DNA of 64,000 bases from Candidatus Omnitrophota bacterium (GCA_016783355.1 JADHWR010000001.1:6072-70071), one strand, 5' to 3'; counted from the stretch's first letter, positions 1 through 13,045 are shown. The notes: generated by a model not told the origin, from the letters alone. Program-made: numbers and translations.

Positions 1-91
1 CGCTAATCTCTACAACAGTCACCGGCAAGAACTTCCCACTCTCAGAATAAATATGCGTCATCCCTAATTTTTTCCCCGATAAGTCTGGCAT
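1..91 (-). CDS. rplC: 50S ribosomal protein L3, N-terminal fragment (runs off window)
   Basis: The minus-strand ATG at 91 translates to MPDLSGKKLGMTHIYSESGKFLPVTVVEIS, a typical L3 N-terminus. It starts 2 nt after the rpsJ stop, as in the S10 operon. It is not in the ORF track because it is truncated. Confidence 0.85.
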   Translation of the reverse strand, partial: MPDLSGKKLGMTHIYSESGKFLPVTVVEIS

Positions 92-92
92 T

Positions 93-392
93 TTATTTAA
101 TCTCTACATCCACCCCTGCCGACAGATTCAATTTTCTTAATGCATCGATTGTTCTGGCTGTCGGTTCTAAAATCTCTAAAAGCCTTTTATGCACGCATAA
201 CTGAAATTGCTCGCGCGATTTTTTATCAATAACCGGCGAGCGTAAAACCGTATAAATCTCTCTCTTTGTCGGAAGAGGAATCGGCCCAACCAAGTTTGCG
301 CCAGAGCTCTGGACAGTAGCGATAATATCCTTTACCGCCTGATCCAAAAGACGATAATCATAGGCCTTTAGCTTAATGCGTATCTTTTGCAT
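93..392 (-). CDS. rpsJ: 30S ribosomal protein S10
   Basis: 99 aa. IRIKLKAYD...LD..V and the [21 protein letters not shown] motifs are typical of S10. Confidence 0.95.
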   Translation of the reverse strand: MQKIRIKLKAYDYRLLDQAVKDIIATVQSSGANLVGPIPLPTKREIYTVLRSPVIDKKSREQFQLCVHKRLLEILEPTARTIDALRKLNLSAGVDVEIK

Positions 393-435
393 TTACCCTC
401 GTTTCACTCGGGAGAAACCAGACTCTGGTTACTAT

Positions 436-1638
436 TTATAGAGCAACTTCAGAAACTACACCTGCACCGACAGTACGTCCGCCTTCACGAATAGCAAAGC
501 GCGATTCTTTCTCCATAGCAATCGGTATAATCAGCTCTATCTCTAAGCTGACATTATCTCCGGGCATAACCATCTCTACGCCATCAGGTAACTTTGCTAT
601 TCCGGTAACATCGGTGGTGCGGAAATAAAACTGTGGACGATAACCGCTGAAGAACGGCGTATGTCTTCCTCCCTCTTCCTTGGTTAAAATATATACCTCT
701 GCTTTAAATTTAGTATGTGGAGTAATTGAACCAGGATGTGCAATGACCATTCCGCGCTCCAGGGCTTTTTTCTCCACGCCTCTCAGAAGCAGTCCAACAT
801 TATCCCCTGCTTGTGCCTCATCAAGAATCTTTCTAAACATCTCCACGCCTGTAACAACAGACTTAAATGGCTCGGCTCGTAATCCAACAATCTCTATCTC
901 GCTGCCAGTCTTTACCCTGCCACGCTCAACCCTGCCTGTGCCAACAGTTCCCCGGCCCTCAATGGAAAAAACATCCTCCACTGCCATCAGAAATGGTTTG
1001 TCCAATTGACGAACAGGCATAGGAATAAAATCATCTACAGTCTTCATTAACTCTAAAATTGGCGCACATTTGGGACAGTCATCTTTGGCACAACCACAGC
1101 TCATCGCGTTTAAAGCACTCCCCTTTACAATTGGAATTTTATCCCCGGGAAAATTATATTTAGTCAGCAGCTCCCTAACTTCCATCTCTACCAATTCAAT
1201 CAATTCCTTATCCTCAACCGTATCTACCTTATTTAGAAACACAACTATTGCCGGAACATTTACCTGGCGCGCCAGAAGAATATGTTCACGTGTCTGAGGC
1301 ATCGGTCCATCAGCAGCAGAAACCACAAGGATTGCTCCATCCATCTGTGCAGCGCCGGTAATCATATTCTTAATGTAGTCGGCATGTCCCGGACAGTCAA
1401 TGTGAGCGTAATGCCGATTTTCTGTCTGATATTCAACGTGGGCGATATTAATTGTTACTCCTCTTTCTTTTTCCTCAGGTGCATTATCAATCGAATCAAA
1501 TGTCCTTACGGATGCCAATCCCTTTTTATTGAGCACCATCGTCATTGCTGAAGTCAATGTCGTCTTTCCATGATCAACATGACCAATGGTCCCAATATTT
1601 AAATGTGGCTTTGTCCGGATAAACTTTTCTTTTGCCAT
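436..1638 (-). CDS. tuf: elongation factor Tu
   Basis: 400 aa with G-domain motifs [18 protein letters not shown] and NKVD. It carries an unusual CGC-x4-CPKC cluster at aa 181-191. Confidence 0.97.
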   Translation of the reverse strand: MAKEKFIRTKPHLNIGTIGHVDHGKTTLTSAMTMVLNKKGLASVRTFDSIDNAPEEKERGVTINIAHVEYQTENRHYAHIDCPGHADYIKNMITGAAQMDGAILVVSAADGPMPQTREHILLARQVNVPAIVVFLNKVDTVEDKELIELVEMEVRELLTKYNFPGDKIPIVKGSALNAMSCGCAKDDCPKCAPILELMKTVDDFIPMPVRQLDKPFLMAVEDVFSIEGRGTVGTGRVERGRVKTGSEIEIVGLRAEPFKSVVTGVEMFRKILDEAQAGDNVGLLLRGVEKKALERGMVIAHPGSITPHTKFKAEVYILTKEEGGRHTPFFSGYRPQFYFRTTDVTGIAKLPDGVEMVMPGDNVSLEIELIIPIAMEKESRFAIREGGRTVGAGVVSEVAL

Positions 1639-1650
1639 TATTTACCTCCT

Positions 1651-3729
1651 TTATCCAGAAACCTCTGTTTTTCTTCCAATAATCTTCTCTGCTATATATG
1701 AAGGCACCTGCGCATAATGCGAGGGCTCCATTGTATAAGAACCGCGACCTGTCGTCAAGGATCTTAGTGTGGTTGCGTAGTCAAAGATCTCTGCCAGAGG
1801 AGTAAAAACGTTAATTATTCTCAAATTCTTCCGTTGATGAAGAGCATTGATTCTCGCTCGCCGACTATTCAAATCTCCAATTACCACACCCATAGATTCC
1901 TCAGGAACAACAATCTCCATATCCATAATCGGTTCTAAGAGTATAGGCCCTGCCTTCTTTATTCCGTCACAAAAGGCAAGACTTGCTGCCATTTGAAAAG
2001 CTAAGTCAGAAGAATCCACCTCATGAGAAGAGCCATCCATTAATGTCACGACCACATCTATCACCGGGAAACCTGCAAGTGCTCCGCTTTTCGCTGCAGA
2101 CATTATTCCTTCTTTGACTGAAGAAATAAACTCCCGCGGTATTGCTCCACCCTTCATTTTATTAACAAAACTCAATCCCGCTCCCGGGGTCTCTTGCGGC
2201 TCCATTTCTATCACCACATGGCCATACTGGCCCCGACCGCCGGTTTGCTGAATAAACTTACCAGTAGAGACCACCTTTTTCGTAATTGTCTCCCGATAAG
2301 AAACAAAGGGCCGGCCCATCCTGGTTTCAACATTAAACTCGCGCAATAACCGCTCAGCCATAATCTCTAAGTGAAGTTGACCCATTCCTGAAATTAGTGT
2401 CTGGCCAGTATCTTCATTGTGAGTTAATATGAAGGTTGGGTCTTCGTCTTGTAATTTTCGTAAAACCAAACCTAATTTATCCTGTTCATCCTTTTTTACG
2501 GGCTCTATACTCATCGATATAACCGGTTGAGGAAAACGAATCTTCTCCAAAAGAATCGGTGCCTCTTTTTCACAAAGGCTATTTCCTGTTCGTGTCTCCT
2601 TTAAGCCGACTAATACACCAATGTCTCCCGCCTGCAACTCCTCTACAACCTCCTGGCGATTGGCATGCATACGAACAATCTTGCTTACCCTTTCCTTTGT
2701 TCTTTGCGTAGCATTATAAATATAGGAACCAGTAGATACTCTTCCAGAATAGACGCGCACAAAGTGTAATTTTCCGACATAAGAATCAATCATTACCTTA
2801 AAACACAAAGCGCAAAAAGGTGCATCAGTCGAGGCCACCCTCTCTTCATAATCATCAGTCCGAGGCTGTATTCCTTTTACTGGCGGGACCTCTAATGGAG
2901 AAGGAAGATACTCGCAGATTGCATTTAACAAAGGTGCTATCCCTTTATTTTGTAGAGAGGAACCGCAGAGGACCGGCACAAATTTATTTTTAACTATTGT
3001 ACGCCGCAACGCTTTCTTAATCTCATCCTTTTTTATAGGTTTATTATGAATAAATTTATCCATAATTATATCGTCTGCTTCTGCCAAATGCTCAATAAGA
3101 ATTGTGTGGTACCGATTGGCCTCTTCTCTTATATCTTGAGGAATAGGCTGCTGTTTTTCTTCTTTACTCGATTCATCTCCATAGACAATCAATTTCTCTT
3201 CCAATAAATCAATGATGCCTTTAAATTCATTCTCCTTGCCATAAGGCAACTGAATGGGGGCTATATTCGCTCCTAACCTGCTCTGCATCTGTTTAATCAC
3301 AGCAAAAAAATCTGCCCCGGTTCTGTCCATCTTATTGACAAAGGCAATACGTGCAACTTCATATTTATCTGCCTGGCGCCAGACAGTCTCTGATTGCGGC
3401 TCAACTCCGCCCACGGCACAAAAAACAACCACACATCCATCAAGAATCTTTAAAGACCTTTCCACTTCAGCAGTAAAATCAACATGTCCGGGTGTATCAA
3501 TAATGTTTATCCGATGATTAACCCATTGACAAGTCGTTGCCGCAGCAGTAATCGTAATACCCCGTTCCTGTTCTTGCTCCATCCAATCCATTACTGCTGT
3601 ACCCTCATTAACCTCTCCTAACTTATAAGTCCTTCCTGTAATATACAGAATACGCTCTGTAGTTGTTGTCTTGCCTGCGTCGATGTGGGCAATCAGACCA
3701 ATATTGCGAATATTCTTTAGTTTATGCAT
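1651..3729 (-). CDS. fusA: elongation factor G
   Basis: 692 aa with [23 protein letters not shown] and NKMDR, in the str-operon position. Confidence 0.96.
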   Translation of the reverse strand: MHKLKNIRNIGLIAHIDAGKTTTTERILYITGRTYKLGEVNEGTAVMDWMEQEQERGITITAAATTCQWVNHRINIIDTPGHVDFTAEVERSLKILDGCVVVFCAVGGVEPQSETVWRQADKYEVARIAFVNKMDRTGADFFAVIKQMQSRLGANIAPIQLPYGKENEFKGIIDLLEEKLIVYGDESSKEEKQQPIPQDIREEANRYHTILIEHLAEADDIIMDKFIHNKPIKKDEIKKALRRTIVKNKFVPVLCGSSLQNKGIAPLLNAICEYLPSPLEVPPVKGIQPRTDDYEERVASTDAPFCALCFKVMIDSYVGKLHFVRVYSGRVSTGSYIYNATQRTKERVSKIVRMHANRQEVVEELQAGDIGVLVGLKETRTGNSLCEKEAPILLEKIRFPQPVISMSIEPVKKDEQDKLGLVLRKLQDEDPTFILTHNEDTGQTLISGMGQLHLEIMAERLLREFNVETRMGRPFVSYRETITKKVVSTGKFIQQTGGRGQYGHVVIEMEPQETPGAGLSFVNKMKGGAIPREFISSVKEGIMSAAKSGALAGFPVIDVVVTLMDGSSHEVDSSDLAFQMAASLAFCDGIKKAGPILLEPIMDMEIVVPEESMGVVIGDLNSRRARINALHQRKNLRIINVFTPLAEIFDYATTLRSLTTGRGSYTMEPSHYAQVPSYIAEKIIGRKTEVSG

Positions 3730-3733
3730 TTAT

Positions 3734-4204
3734 TTACCATTTAAAATGGGCAAATGCCCGATTTGCCTCAGCCATCTTATGCAAATCGTCTCGCTTTTTA
3801 ATCACTGCCCCTTCTCCCCGGAAACTTGCTACTATTTCATCAGCCAGCTTCTCTTGCATTGACTTTCCCTTTCTTCCCCGCGCAATATTTCTCATCCAAC
3901 GCAAGGCTAAAACAATACCCCTCTCCCTCCTTACCTCTGTGGGTACCTGGTAAGTAGCGCCTCCAATGCGACGAGACTTAACTTCTAATCGTGGACGAGT
4001 ATTATCTAAGACCTTAGAAAAAATCTTTAAAGCATCTGATTCGCCAAGGCGCTCTTTTGCCAACTCAAAGGCACCATAGACAATACGTTGGGCAGTGGAT
4101 TTTTTGCCATCAAGCATAACCATATTGATAAATTTACTTACTACCTTATTCTTGAACCTTGGGTCTAATTGAATTTTCTTCTCTGGTACTCTTCGCCTTC
4201 TCAT
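3734..4204 (-). CDS. rpsG: 30S ribosomal protein S7
   Basis: 156 aa. Has the DGKKS.A..IVY and [16 protein letters not shown] motifs. Confidence 0.95.
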   Translation of the reverse strand: MRRRRVPEKKIQLDPRFKNKVVSKFINMVMLDGKKSTAQRIVYGAFELAKERLGESDALKIFSKVLDNTRPRLEVKSRRIGGATYQVPTEVRRERGIVLALRWMRNIARGRKGKSMQEKLADEIVASFRGEGAVIKKRDDLHKMAEANRAFAHFKW

Positions 4205-4572
4205 TTCGGCCTCTTTGCCCCATACTTGGAGCGTGACCTCATCCTCTTCTCCACCCCTGCTGTATCTGATGTCCCACGAATAATATGATAGCGCACGCCG
4301 GGTAAATCCTTAACCCGGCCGCCTCTAATCAAAACAATAGAATGTTCTTGTAAATTATGACCCTCGCCAGGTATATATGCCGTAATCTCCATGCCTGAAG
4401 TTAACCGCACACGTGCAATTTTGCGCAAAGCAGAATTTGGCTTTTTGGGAGTCATTGTACGTACCTGCACACATACACCCCGCCTTTGCGGACATCGGCC
4501 CAATGCGGGGGATTTGGTTTTTTTCGTCTTTCTCTTCCTTCCCAATCTGATTAGCTGTACAATTGTAGGCAT
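4201..4572 (-). CDS. rpsL: 30S ribosomal protein S12
   Basis: 123 aa. Has [18 protein letters not shown] and [13 protein letters not shown]. Confidence 0.96.
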   Translation of the reverse strand: MPTIVQLIRLGRKRKTKKTKSPALGRCPQRRGVCVQVRTMTPKKPNSALRKIARVRLTSGMEITAYIPGEGHNLQEHSIVLIRGGRVKDLPGVRYHIIRGTSDTAGVEKRMRSRSKYGAKRPK

Positions 4573-4579
4573 AATTTTA

Positions 4580-7500
4580 CTAAGTTACCTTTTCCATCTG
4601 CGCCTCTCGATGTGCAATAAAGCCGGTTCCTGCAGGAATTAAATGTCCAACAATCACATTTTCCTTCAATCCATATAAAACATCCCGTGCACCACGAGAA
4701 GCAGCATCGGTCAAAACCCGTGTTGTCTCCTGGAAGCTTGCTGCAGAAATAAAGCTATCTGTGCTCAATGATGCCCTGGTAATACCTTGCAACTGTGGTG
4801 TGGCTGAAGCAGGAGTGCCGCCCTTTTTCATCACACGCTCATTCTCGGTTTTAAATCTCAATTTATCCACTAATTCTCCAGGTAAAAATTCTGTATCTCC
4901 AGAGTCTTCTATACGCACTTTCTTCAGAATCTGTCGAATAATCAATTCAACGTGCTTATCACTAATCTGCACCCCTTGTAAACGATAGACTTCCTGAATC
5001 TCATTCAAAAGATACTCTGCAAGTCTTTTGTCTCCACAAATACGCAAGATTTCCTGAAGCACAACTGGTCCATCTGTAAGCTGGTCGCCGGCGCTGACGC
5101 GGTCCCCTTTATAAACGTTGGGGTGCTTACCATGGGGCATAATATACTCACGCTCCATGCCTGTCGGTGAACGGACAATAATTATTCGTTCGCCTTTCTT
5201 GCCTTCTCCAAATTCTACAAATCCATCAATCTCACTAATTATTGCCGGATTCTTTGGTCGGCGTATCTCAAATAATTCGGCAACGCGCGGCAGACCTCCT
5301 GTAATATCATGGGTTTTGGCAATGATGCGTGGGGTCTTCGCTAAACAGGCTCCTGCATTAATCTGCTCGGTATCCTTAACTAAAACATGGGCGCCTACGG
5401 GGAGCGGATAAAGACTGAGCACATCTTCTTTCTCATCTAAAATAACAATCTGAGGATGATATTCTTGTTTATGCTCCATCACTACTCGCTCAGTAACCTT
5501 GGTTACAGGATTAAACTCATCCTCAATACTAACTCCTGGAATTAAATCCTCAAATCTAACCCGGCCAGCTACTTCTGTCAAAATCGGAGAGTTATAAGGA
5601 TCCCAATGGACAAAAGCCATTCCCTTCTCAGTCAAAGTCTTATCAGCAAAAGCAACCAGCCCTCCATAGGGTACGGTATAACGTTCAAGTTCCCGGCCTT
5701 CCTGATCATTAATACTAATTACGCCATTACGATTAAGCACAAGAAATTCTTTGCCCACCCTTACTATTTTTAAGTTATGGTAGGTTAATATGCCTTTGTT
5801 TCTTGATTTTATCGAAGAGCGCTCAATCACACGAGAAGCTGTTCCGCCAATATGAAATGTGCGCATAGTAAGTTGTGTGCCGGGTTCGCCGATACTCTGA
5901 GCAGCAATTATTCCTACTGCCTCGCCTAATTCAACCTGCTTTCCCCGGGCAAGGTCCCGGCCATAACAGGTGGCGCAAATCCCCCTTTCTGCCTCGCAGA
6001 TAAGAACACTGCGTATCCTTATCTTCTCAATACCTAAACGCTCAATAATATCTGCCTTCTCTTCAGTAATCTCTTTGCCTGCCTCAACAATAACCTCATC
6101 AGTAATAATATCAACAATGTTATCGAGGGCAGTCCTTCCCACGATACGCTCGCGAAGAGGTATAACCACCTCATCTCCTTCAATAAGTGCGCTAACTGTA
6201 ATTCCATTAAGTGTACCGCAATCCTTCCTGGTTACAATTATATCCTGAGCAACATCTACCAATCGGCGAGTAAGATATCCTGCATCAGCTGTCTTTAGGG
6301 CTGTATCAGCGAGTCCTTTTCTTGCGCCATGTGTGGAGATAAAATATTCAAGAACGGTTAAACCCTCACGAAAATTTGCTGTAATAGGAGTTTCGATAAT
6401 CTCGCCTGATGGTTTTGCCATCAATCCACGCATTCCGCAAAGCTGCCTCACCTGCAGGCGCGAACCTCTTGCACCAGAATCAGCCATCATAAAGATTGGG
6501 TTAAAGGGTGTCATTTGCGAAAAGAGATAGTCAGTAACCCTATCTGTAGCATGTGTCCAGATATCAACAACACGATTAGATTTTTCTCTCTCTGTAATTA
6601 TGCCGTCTTTATAAAGCGTATCTACTTTGTCAACCTCGTTCTGTGCCTTCTTTATAACCTCTGCTTTTTGTGAGGGAATATGCAAATCCCCAATGGCAAT
6701 CGTGATACCCCCTAAGGTGGCAAATTCAAAGCCTTGTTCTTTTATTTCATCTAACAACTGAATTGTTCGTGCGTGACCAAAGCGTTTGTAGCATTCATCG
6801 ATTATATCGGCAACCAAGAATCTATTTAATTCCCTATTTACAAATCCAAAACCCTCCGGCAGCACTTGATTGAAGATGATTCTTCCCACTGTTGTTGTAA
6901 TTAGCCCTGTTGAGTCTTTAGCCTTTCTCTCATCCAGATCATATACCTTATTGACTTTCGTCTTTATCAATTCATGTAGGTCAATTATCTTATCGTTGTA
7001 CGCAGAGAGTGCCGCCGCAGGCGTGCTAAAGATTAAATCCTTTATCTTGCCGGCAGAGCCTTGCTTGGTAAAATAATTGCAACCCAGAATGATATCCTGT
7101 GTAGGCGATGTAATCGGCCGGCCATTGGCAGGAGAAAACATATTATTAATCGAAAGCATTAAAAGCTTTGCCTCCATCTGTGATTCCAACGACAGGGGGA
7201 CATGCACAGCCATCTGGTCACCATCAAAATCAGCATTAAAAGCGGCACATACCAAGGGATGGATCTTGATTGCCTTGCCCTCAATAAGTCTTGGTTGAAA
7301 TGCCTGCATACTTAAACGATGCAAGGTTGGTGCGCGATTCAAAAGCACGGGATGGTCACTTACAACTTCCTCGAGAATATCCCAAACCTCAACCTTTCCC
7401 CGCTCAACCATTCGGCGTGCCCCCTTAATTGTATGAACAAAGCCTTTCTGGCATAACCTCTTAATAATAAATGGCTCAAATAACTCAACCGCCATCTGCT

Positions 7501-10500
7501 TGGGAAGACCGCACTCTTGCATTTTCAGTTTTGGCTCAACAACAATTACCGAACGACCAGAGTAATCTACACGTTTACCTAAAAGATTCTGCCTGAAACG
7601 ACCCTGCTTTCCTTTAAGCATATCCGCAAGGGATTTTAGGGGTCGATTATTCGCCGTCAAGACTGCGCGGCCATGTCTTCCGTTATCAAAAAGCGCATCC
7701 ACTGCCTCTTGAAGCATTCTTTTTTCATTGCGAATAATAATATCCGGAGAATTTAACTCAATCAGTTTTTTTAGACGGTTGTTGCGATTAATCACCTGAC
7801 GATATAAATCATTCAAATCAGAAGTAGCAAATCTACCGCCATCTAAAGGAACCAGAGGCCTTAGGTCTGGCGGTATAACAGGAAGAACCTCCAAAACCAT
7901 CCATTCAGGCTTGTTGCCTGACTTTTTATAATCCTCGACAAACTTAAGATTTTTTAATAACTTTCGACGAGAAAGATTATCTTTAGACTGAGCGAGGGTT
8001 TTTTTCATTCTGGCAATCAGCTCATCTAAATCTGCTTCCTTCAATAAATCCTGAATTGCCCCTGCTCCAATTTTAGAGACAAAACCTTTATGTTTTTGTC
8101 GTGCTTGTGTATTTTCCTCTTCTGGAAGAAGTTGGCCCCTTTTATACGGCGAATCGCCTGGCTCGCTCACAACGTATGCCTCATAATAAATTATCTTTTC
8201 CAACTCACGCAGCCCCAAACCCAATATGGCCGAAAGCCTGCCGGAGACAACCTTAAAAAACCAGACATGTGTTACGGGTGCGGCTAATTCTATCTGTCCC
8301 ATGCGCTGACGGCGCACCATCGAATGCGCCACGGTTACGCCGCAACGGTCACAGGTAATTCCCTTAAACTTTATACCCTTATATTTGCCGCAGTGACACT
8401 CCCAGTCCTTCGCTGGCCCAAAAATCCTTTCGCAAAAGAGTCCATCTTTTTCCGGCTTAAGCGTACGATAATTAATTGTTTCTGCCTTTCTCACCTCGCC
8501 GCTTGACCAGCTGCGAATAACCTGTGGCGAGGCGATCTTTATACCTAAACTTTCAAATTGATTTGGGTTCTCCTCCCTTAGCTCCTGCTTTTCTATACGA
8601 ATATCAAGACATAAAGCTTGTAATTCTTTCATCAATACATGAAATGACTCGGGAATTCCGGGAAAAATCCTTTGTTCTCCTTTGACAATTGCCTCGTAAA
8701 TTTTTGTCCGGCCGCTAACATCGTCGCTTTTCACGGTAAGCATCTCTTGTAAAATAAAGGCAGCGCCATAGGCCTCTAAAGCCCAAACCTCCATCTCTCC
8801 TAAGCGCTGACCCCCAAACTGTGCCTTTCCTCCTAAAGGCTGCTGAGTAACTAAAGAATAGGGGCCTATAGAGCGGGCATGAATCTTCTCCTCAACAAGA
8901 TGAATCAACTTCATCATATAAATATATCCCACAGAGATATTTTGGGCAAAGGGCTCGCCTGTATAGCCGTCAAAGAGTGTAATTTTACTATCCTCAGGTA
9001 GCCGTGCTTCTTTAAGCATTTGCCTTATTTCTTCCTCGCTTGCTCCATCAAATACAGGAGAGGCAACTTTTATACCCAGACTATGCGCTGCCCAACCAAG
9101 ATGAGTCTCTAAAATCTGGCCGACATTCATGCGCGAAGGAACGCCTAAAGGATTTAAAACAATCTCGACTGGTTCCCCCGATGGCAAAAAGGGCATATCT
9201 TCTTCTGGTAAAATTCTTGCAACTATCCCCTTATTGCCATGACGGCCGGATAACTTATCTCCCTCTTGAAGCCTGTGCTTTGTAGCAATATAGACGATAA
9301 CCTGCTTAAGAACACCGCTCGGTAATTCATCGCCCCGACGCACTGCTTCAATCTCCTGCTTCATCTGAATATCCAATGCCTTGATCTGTTCTACATAAGG
9401 CTGGTTTATCTGGTTTGTTTCAGGATACGTACTTAAATCTAAGTCTGTTAATTCCTCTCTATCTACTTTTAAAACGTCGCACAGCCGCCTCATTCTTTCT
9501 TTATTAAGGAATTCCCTCTCTTCCTTATAATATTGTTTTATCTCCTTAATTCTTTTCTGCTGGCGCAACTTCTCTTCTTTAGACTTCCTCCCTCGCTCTC
9601 GACGACTAAATTCATCAATATGCACGACGATACCTTCGATACCGGGCGGAACAACTAACGAGGTATCGCGCACATCTTCAGCTTTTTTACCAAATATTGC
9701 GCGCAAGAGTCTCTCTTCCGCAGAAAGCTCTGATTCAGTGGTCGGTGTAACCTTGCCAACAAGAATATCCCCTGGCTCAGCCCAGGCGCCAATGCGCACA
9801 ATACCATTTTCGCCAAGACTAAGCAATGCCTCTTCGCTAACATTAGGAATATCCCGCGTAATCTCCTCGTTGCCTAAGCGCGTCTCTGTGGCTTCGATTT
9901 CCAACTTCTCGATATGAATAGAAGTAAAGGCATCTTCCTTGACTATCTTTTCAGAAATCAAGATTGCATCTTCAAAATTGTATCCTCGCCAGGGCATAAA
10001 GGCCACCAATAGGTTTCTGCCCAAAGCAAGTTCTCCATCTTGGGTTGCTATCCCATCGGCAATGATCTGACCTTCTTCTACAAAATCCCCTAACAAAACC
10101 AGCGGTCTTTGATTTATGCAAGTATCGGCATTGGTGCGCAGGAATTTCTTCAATCGATAAGTCTTTTTTCCAATGATGATTGTGGAGGCATCAACAAAGG
10201 TTACCTTGCCGGCCTCTTCGGCAATCACAACTGCACCAGAATCCTCTGCTATCTTCCTTTCCATCATTGTTCCTACAAGAGGTGCCTGCGGATTAAGCAG
10301 TGGCACTGCTTGACGCTGCATATTGGCTCCCATCAATGCGCGATTGGCATCATCGTGCTCTAAAAAAGGAATTAAGGAAGCGGATATCGAAATCAATTGC
10401 TTACAAGACACATCCATAAACTCCACCTTTTTGGCCGCAAGCTTGGGAAAATCAGCTTTAAAACGACAAGATACATCCTTCTCTAAAAGATGACCCCCCT

Positions 10501-11980
10501 TATCCAAGGCAGCATTAGCCTGCGCAATCACCTTTTGCTCATCCAGATCAGCAGTTAGGTATTCAATCTGCTTGGTTGCTTTTGCGTCTTTTACTTTGCG
10601 ATAAGGTGTCTCTAATAAACCGAGGGGGTTAATCCGGGCATATGTAGTCAAGGAAGTAATCAAGCCGATGTTTGGACCCTCGGGGGTTTCTATGGGACAG
10701 AGACGGCCATAATGTGAAGAATGTATATCTCTTACCTCAAAACTGGCGCGCTCGCGCGAGAGGCCACCCGGACCCAAAGCACTCAGCCGGCGTTTATGGG
10801 TTAACTCCGCTAATGGATTTACCTGATCCATAAACTGCGAGAGTTGACCGCGTGTAAAAAAATCATGGATTTGATTGGAAAAAATTTTGAAATTTATGAG
10901 ATGGTAAATGGTTAAGTCTTCTGTCTCGCCCATCAATGTCAATCTTTCTCGAATATTACGTTCAATTCGCGCAAGCCCAATGCGCACCTGATTCTGAGCT
11001 AATTCTGCTACAGTACGTACCCGCCGATTACCCAAATGGTCGATATCATCAATCTTTCCTTTTCCCTCTTTTAAACCGATAAGATAGTTAATAACCTTAA
11101 TTACTGTTTCGTAATCAAGAACTCTTTTATCCAGAGGGGTATCCATTCCTAATTTGCGGTTGAGGATAAATCTGCCGCAGCGACTGAGGTCATACCGGCG
11201 CACATCAAAAAATAAGCGGTAAAATAACTCGGCTGCTGCCTCGGGCGTAACCGGCTCACCCGGCCGCATCTTACGGAAAAAGTCTAATAGAGCTTCTTCT
11301 TTACTCTTTGTGTAATCCCTTTGCAGTGTATTGTTAATTACTGTATTATCTTTTCCAAAAAAACTTTGAATTTCTTCATCAGAGCTTAAACCTAATATAC
11401 GCAGGATCTGTGTGACGGGAAATGTCCGTCGACGATCAATAACTGCCAATATGGCTTCTGAAATATCATATTTAAATTCCAACCATGTTCCCCGATAAGG
11501 AATAATCCTTCCATAAAAAATGCGCTTTCCTGTTATATGCGTTTCCTCTTCAAAAGAAACACCGGGAGAACGATGAAGTTGAAAGATGACAACACGCTCA
11601 TCGCCATTAATAATAAAAGAGGCAGTAGGGGTCATCAAAGGAACCTCACCAAAAAACACATCCTGTTCTAATGTCCTGCTGGCAGAGATAAATCTAAATC
11701 TTACCCATAGTGGTGCAGCATAAGTCATTCCTCTTGTTTTACATTCCTCAATATCATATTTTGGATTACCCAATACATAATTGATAAACTCAAGCCGTAT
11801 GTGCCGGCTCGGTGTTTCAATAGGAAAGAAATTAAGAAACTCTTCCTGTAATCCTGAGCATCGCCTCTCTGAAAAAGGAACATCTTTTTGCAAAAAATCC
11901 TTATAGGCCTTGAGCTGATGCCTCAGAAGATTGGGTACTGAATATACTTCCTTTAGTTTTGCAAAACTCTTTCTCTTCAA
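4580..11980 (-). CDS. rpoBC: fused DNA-directed RNA polymerase beta-beta' subunit (RpoB-RpoC in one 2466-aa ORF)
   Basis: The N-terminal ~1130 aa carry RpoB motifs (GRHGNKG, the [10 protein letters not shown] region, C-terminal [15 protein letters not shown]). The ORF continues without a stop into the RpoC N-terminus ([36 protein letters not shown], zinc motif [21 protein letters not shown]). The junction is near 8545-8600. Confidence 0.9.
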   Translation of the reverse strand: MKRKSFAKLKEVYSVPNLLRHQLKAYKDFLQKDVPFSERRCSGLQEEFLNFFPIETPSRHIRLEFINYVLGNPKYDIEECKTRGMTYAAPLWVRFRFISASRTLEQDVFFGEVPLMTPTASFIINGDERVVIFQLHRSPGVSFEEETHITGKRIFYGRIIPYRGTWLEFKYDISEAILAVIDRRRTFPVTQILRILGLSSDEEIQSFFGKDNTVINNTLQRDYTKSKEEALLDFFRKMRPGEPVTPEAAAELFYRLFFDVRRYDLSRCGRFILNRKLGMDTPLDKRVLDYETVIKVINYLIGLKEGKGKIDDIDHLGNRRVRTVAELAQNQVRIGLARIERNIRERLTLMGETEDLTIYHLINFKIFSNQIHDFFTRGQLSQFMDQVNPLAELTHKRRLSALGPGGLSRERASFEVRDIHSSHYGRLCPIETPEGPNIGLITSLTTYARINPLGLLETPYRKVKDAKATKQIEYLTADLDEQKVIAQANAALDKGGHLLEKDVSCRFKADFPKLAAKKVEFMDVSCKQLISISASLIPFLEHDDANRALMGANMQRQAVPLLNPQAPLVGTMMERKIAEDSGAVVIAEEAGKVTFVDASTIIIGKKTYRLKKFLRTNADTCINQRPLVLLGDFVEEGQIIADGIATQDGELALGRNLLVAFMPWRGYNFEDAILISEKIVKEDAFTSIHIEKLEIEATETRLGNEEITRDIPNVSEEALLSLGENGIVRIGAWAEPGDILVGKVTPTTESELSAEERLLRAIFGKKAEDVRDTSLVVPPGIEGIVVHIDEFSRRERGRKSKEEKLRQQKRIKEIKQYYKEEREFLNKERMRRLCDVLKVDREELTDLDLSTYPETNQINQPYVEQIKALDIQMKQEIEAVRRGDELPSGVLKQVIVYIATKHRLQEGDKLSGRHGNKGIVARILPEEDMPFLPSGEPVEIVLNPLGVPSRMNVGQILETHLGWAAHSLGIKVASPVFDGASEEEIRQMLKEARLPEDSKITLFDGYTGEPFAQNISVGYIYMMKLIHLVEEKIHARSIGPYSLVTQQPLGGKAQFGGQRLGEMEVWALEAYGAAFILQEMLTVKSDDVSGRTKIYEAIVKGEQRIFPGIPESFHVLMKELQALCLDIRIEKQELREENPNQFESLGIKIASPQVIRSWSSGEVRKAETINYRTLKPEKDGLFCERIFGPAKDWECHCGKYKGIKFKGITCDRCGVTVAHSMVRRQRMGQIELAAPVTHVWFFKVVSGRLSAILGLGLRELEKIIYYEAYVVSEPGDSPYKRGQLLPEEENTQARQKHKGFVSKIGAGAIQDLLKEADLDELIARMKKTLAQSKDNLSRRKLLKNLKFVEDYKKSGNKPEWMVLEVLPVIPPDLRPLVPLDGGRFATSDLNDLYRQVINRNNRLKKLIELNSPDIIIRNEKRMLQEAVDALFDNGRHGRAVLTANNRPLKSLADMLKGKQGRFRQNLLGKRVDYSGRSVIVVEPKLKMQECGLPKQMAVELFEPFIIKRLCQKGFVHTIKGARRMVERGKVEVWDILEEVVSDHPVLLNRAPTLHRLSMQAFQPRLIEGKAIKIHPLVCAAFNADFDGDQMAVHVPLSLESQMEAKLLMLSINNMFSPANGRPITSPTQDIILGCNYFTKQGSAGKIKDLIFSTPAAALSAYNDKIIDLHELIKTKVNKVYDLDERKAKDSTGLITTTVGRIIFNQVLPEGFGFVNRELNRFLVADIIDECYKRFGHARTIQLLDEIKEQGFEFATLGGITIAIGDLHIPSQKAEVIKKAQNEVDKVDTLYKDGIITEREKSNRVVDIWTHATDRVTDYLFSQMTPFNPIFMMADSGARGSRLQVRQLCGMRGLMAKPSGEIIETPITANFREGLTVLEYFISTHGARKGLADTALKTADAGYLTRRLVDVAQDIIVTRKDCGTLNGITVSALIEGDEVVIPLRERIVGRTALDNIVDIITDEVIVEAGKEITEEKADIIERLGIEKIRIRSVLICEAERGICATCYGRDLARGKQVELGEAVGIIAAQSIGEPGTQLTMRTFHIGGTASRVIERSSIKSRNKGILTYHNLKIVRVGKEFLVLNRNGVISINDQEGRELERYTVPYGGLVAFADKTLTEKGMAFVHWDPYNSPILTEVAGRVRFEDLIPGVSIEDEFNPVTKVTERVVMEHKQEYHPQIVILDEKEDVLSLYPLPVGAHVLVKDTEQINAGACLAKTPRIIAKTHDITGGLPRVAELFEIRRPKNPAIISEIDGFVEFGEGKKGERIIIVRSPTGMEREYIMPHGKHPNVYKGDRVSAGDQLTDGPVVLQEILRICGDKRLAEYLLNEIQEVYRLQGVQISDKHVELIIRQILKKVRIEDSGDTEFLPGELVDKLRFKTENERVMKKGGTPASATPQLQGITRASLSTDSFISAASFQETTRVLTDAASRGARDVLYGLKENVIVGHLIPAGTGFIAHREAQMEKVT

Positions 11981-11993
11981 CTTATGTCCTCAC

Positions 11994-12383
11994 TTATTTC
12001 AATTCTACGGTTGCTCCTGTTGCTTCTAATTTCTTCTTTAATTCCTCTGCTTCTTCTTTGGATACGTCCTCTTTTATTGGTTTAGGCGCAGAATCCACTA
12101 AATCCTTAGCCTCCTTCAGGCCAAGACTGGTTACCGCACGAACCTCTTTTATGACAGATATCTTATTGCTGCCTACACTGCTCAATACTACTGTAAATGT
12201 TGTCTTCTCTTCCTCTGCCGCAGCGCCTGCAGTAGTTGCTGCACCAGTATCTGCTGCGCCTGCAACAAGAGGGATATTTCCTGATACACCGAATTTCTCC
12301 TCCAGTGCCTTTACCAACTCGGAAAGCTCTAAAACACTCATTCCTCCAATTGATTCCATCAACTCTTCTACTTTTGTGGCCAT
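11994..12383 (-). CDS. rplL: 50S ribosomal protein L7/L12
   Basis: 129 aa. Has an Ala/Gly-rich hinge and C-terminal [16 protein letters not shown]....[24 protein letters not shown]. Confidence 0.95.
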   Translation of the reverse strand: MATKVEELMESIGGMSVLELSELVKALEEKFGVSGNIPLVAGAADTGAATTAGAAAEEEKTTFTVVLSSVGSNKISVIKEVRAVTSLGLKEAKDLVDSAPKPIKEDVSKEEAEELKKKLEATGATVELK

Positions 12384-12397
12384 TTTTTACCCCCTTT

Positions 12398-12492
12398 AAT
12401 GAGTCCGCCAAAGTTCGTTGGCGGACGAATTAATCCCGCTGAGTGTGCCAAAATTATAAAATAGAATTTTGGCACATATTACGAAGCGGGAT
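12398..12492 (-). promoter_or_regulatory. Two-hairpin leader element, copy 1 (rplJ-rplL spacer, ends just before the rplL SD)
   Basis: The minus-strand RNA reads AUCCCGCUUCGUAAUAUGUGCCAAAAUUCUAUUUUAUAAUUUUGGCACACUCAGCGGGAUUAAUUCGUCCGCCAACGAACUUUGGCGGACUCAUU, followed by AAAGGGGG-N7-AUG. The architecture matches 56938-57031 and 62985-63085. Confidence 0.7.
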
Positions 12493-12496
12493 AAGT

Positions 12497-13042
12497 TTAA
12501 CCCTTTACAGGTCTATGCTTCATTTTGATCTCTTTCAACACATAGACTAATTTACTCAATAATTGTCTTAAGCCGAACGCAAGCCCAAATATGGGCAGAT
12601 TTAGCCCCCCGGCTATACGGGCATAAAGAGAAGCTAAAGATGGGACCAAAGAAAGAGAATTTAAATCCTCTGCTGTGATAATTCTCTTTTTACTAATCAA
12701 CCATCCTCCCTTTATTTCCAAATTGCTGTTAACTTTCCTAAATTGCGAGATTATGTGCGAAACAGCAATAATGTCGAATTCTGTAAAAATCAAACCAATC
12801 GGCCCCTTGATTAAAGAAAGGAATTTATGCTCACAATCTCTCTCTTTTAAAATTCTGCGCAAAACAGAATTCTTACTTACCAGAAAAGAGGCATCCGTTT
12901 TTCTTAATGACTTTCTTAAATCGTTTAAACCTGTGGCCTTCACGCCTGAATAATCAACAACAAAGAAGTTATCTGCTTTATCGAGTCTTTCGTTAATTGC
13001 CTTGGTTATCTCTTCTTTTATCAGTAGGCCTATCTTTTTCAT
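12497..13042 (-). CDS. rplJ: 50S ribosomal protein L10
   Basis: 181 aa, located between rplA and rplL. The N-terminal region (F.V.DY.G....L..LR..L) is L10-like. Confidence 0.88.
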   Translation of the reverse strand: MKKIGLLIKEEITKAINERLDKADNFFVVDYSGVKATGLNDLRKSLRKTDASFLVSKNSVLRRILKERDCEHKFLSLIKGPIGLIFTEFDIIAVSHIISQFRKVNSNLEIKGGWLISKKRIITAEDLNSLSLVPSLASLYARIAGGLNLPIFGLAFGLRQLLSKLVYVLKEIKMKHRPVKG

Positions 13043-13045
13043 CTT

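Noticed and set aside
4580-11980. rpoB-rpoC fusion as a simple frameshift or assembly artefact
   Set aside because: I cannot exclude it without reads. However, the ORF is continuous as given, both flanking conserved regions are in the same frame, and there is no in-frame start codon for a separate rpoC. It is reported as a real fusion with that caveat.
680-12433. Many plus-strand ORFs of 60-170 aa inside tuf, fusA, rpoBC and rplL (for example 680-1009, 3254-3517, 5118-5411, 11959-12399)
   Set aside because: They are antisense shadows of strongly recognisable minus-strand genes. They have low-complexity S/P/L/I-rich translations and no recognisable motifs. The same applies to the other plus-strand ORFs across the window.
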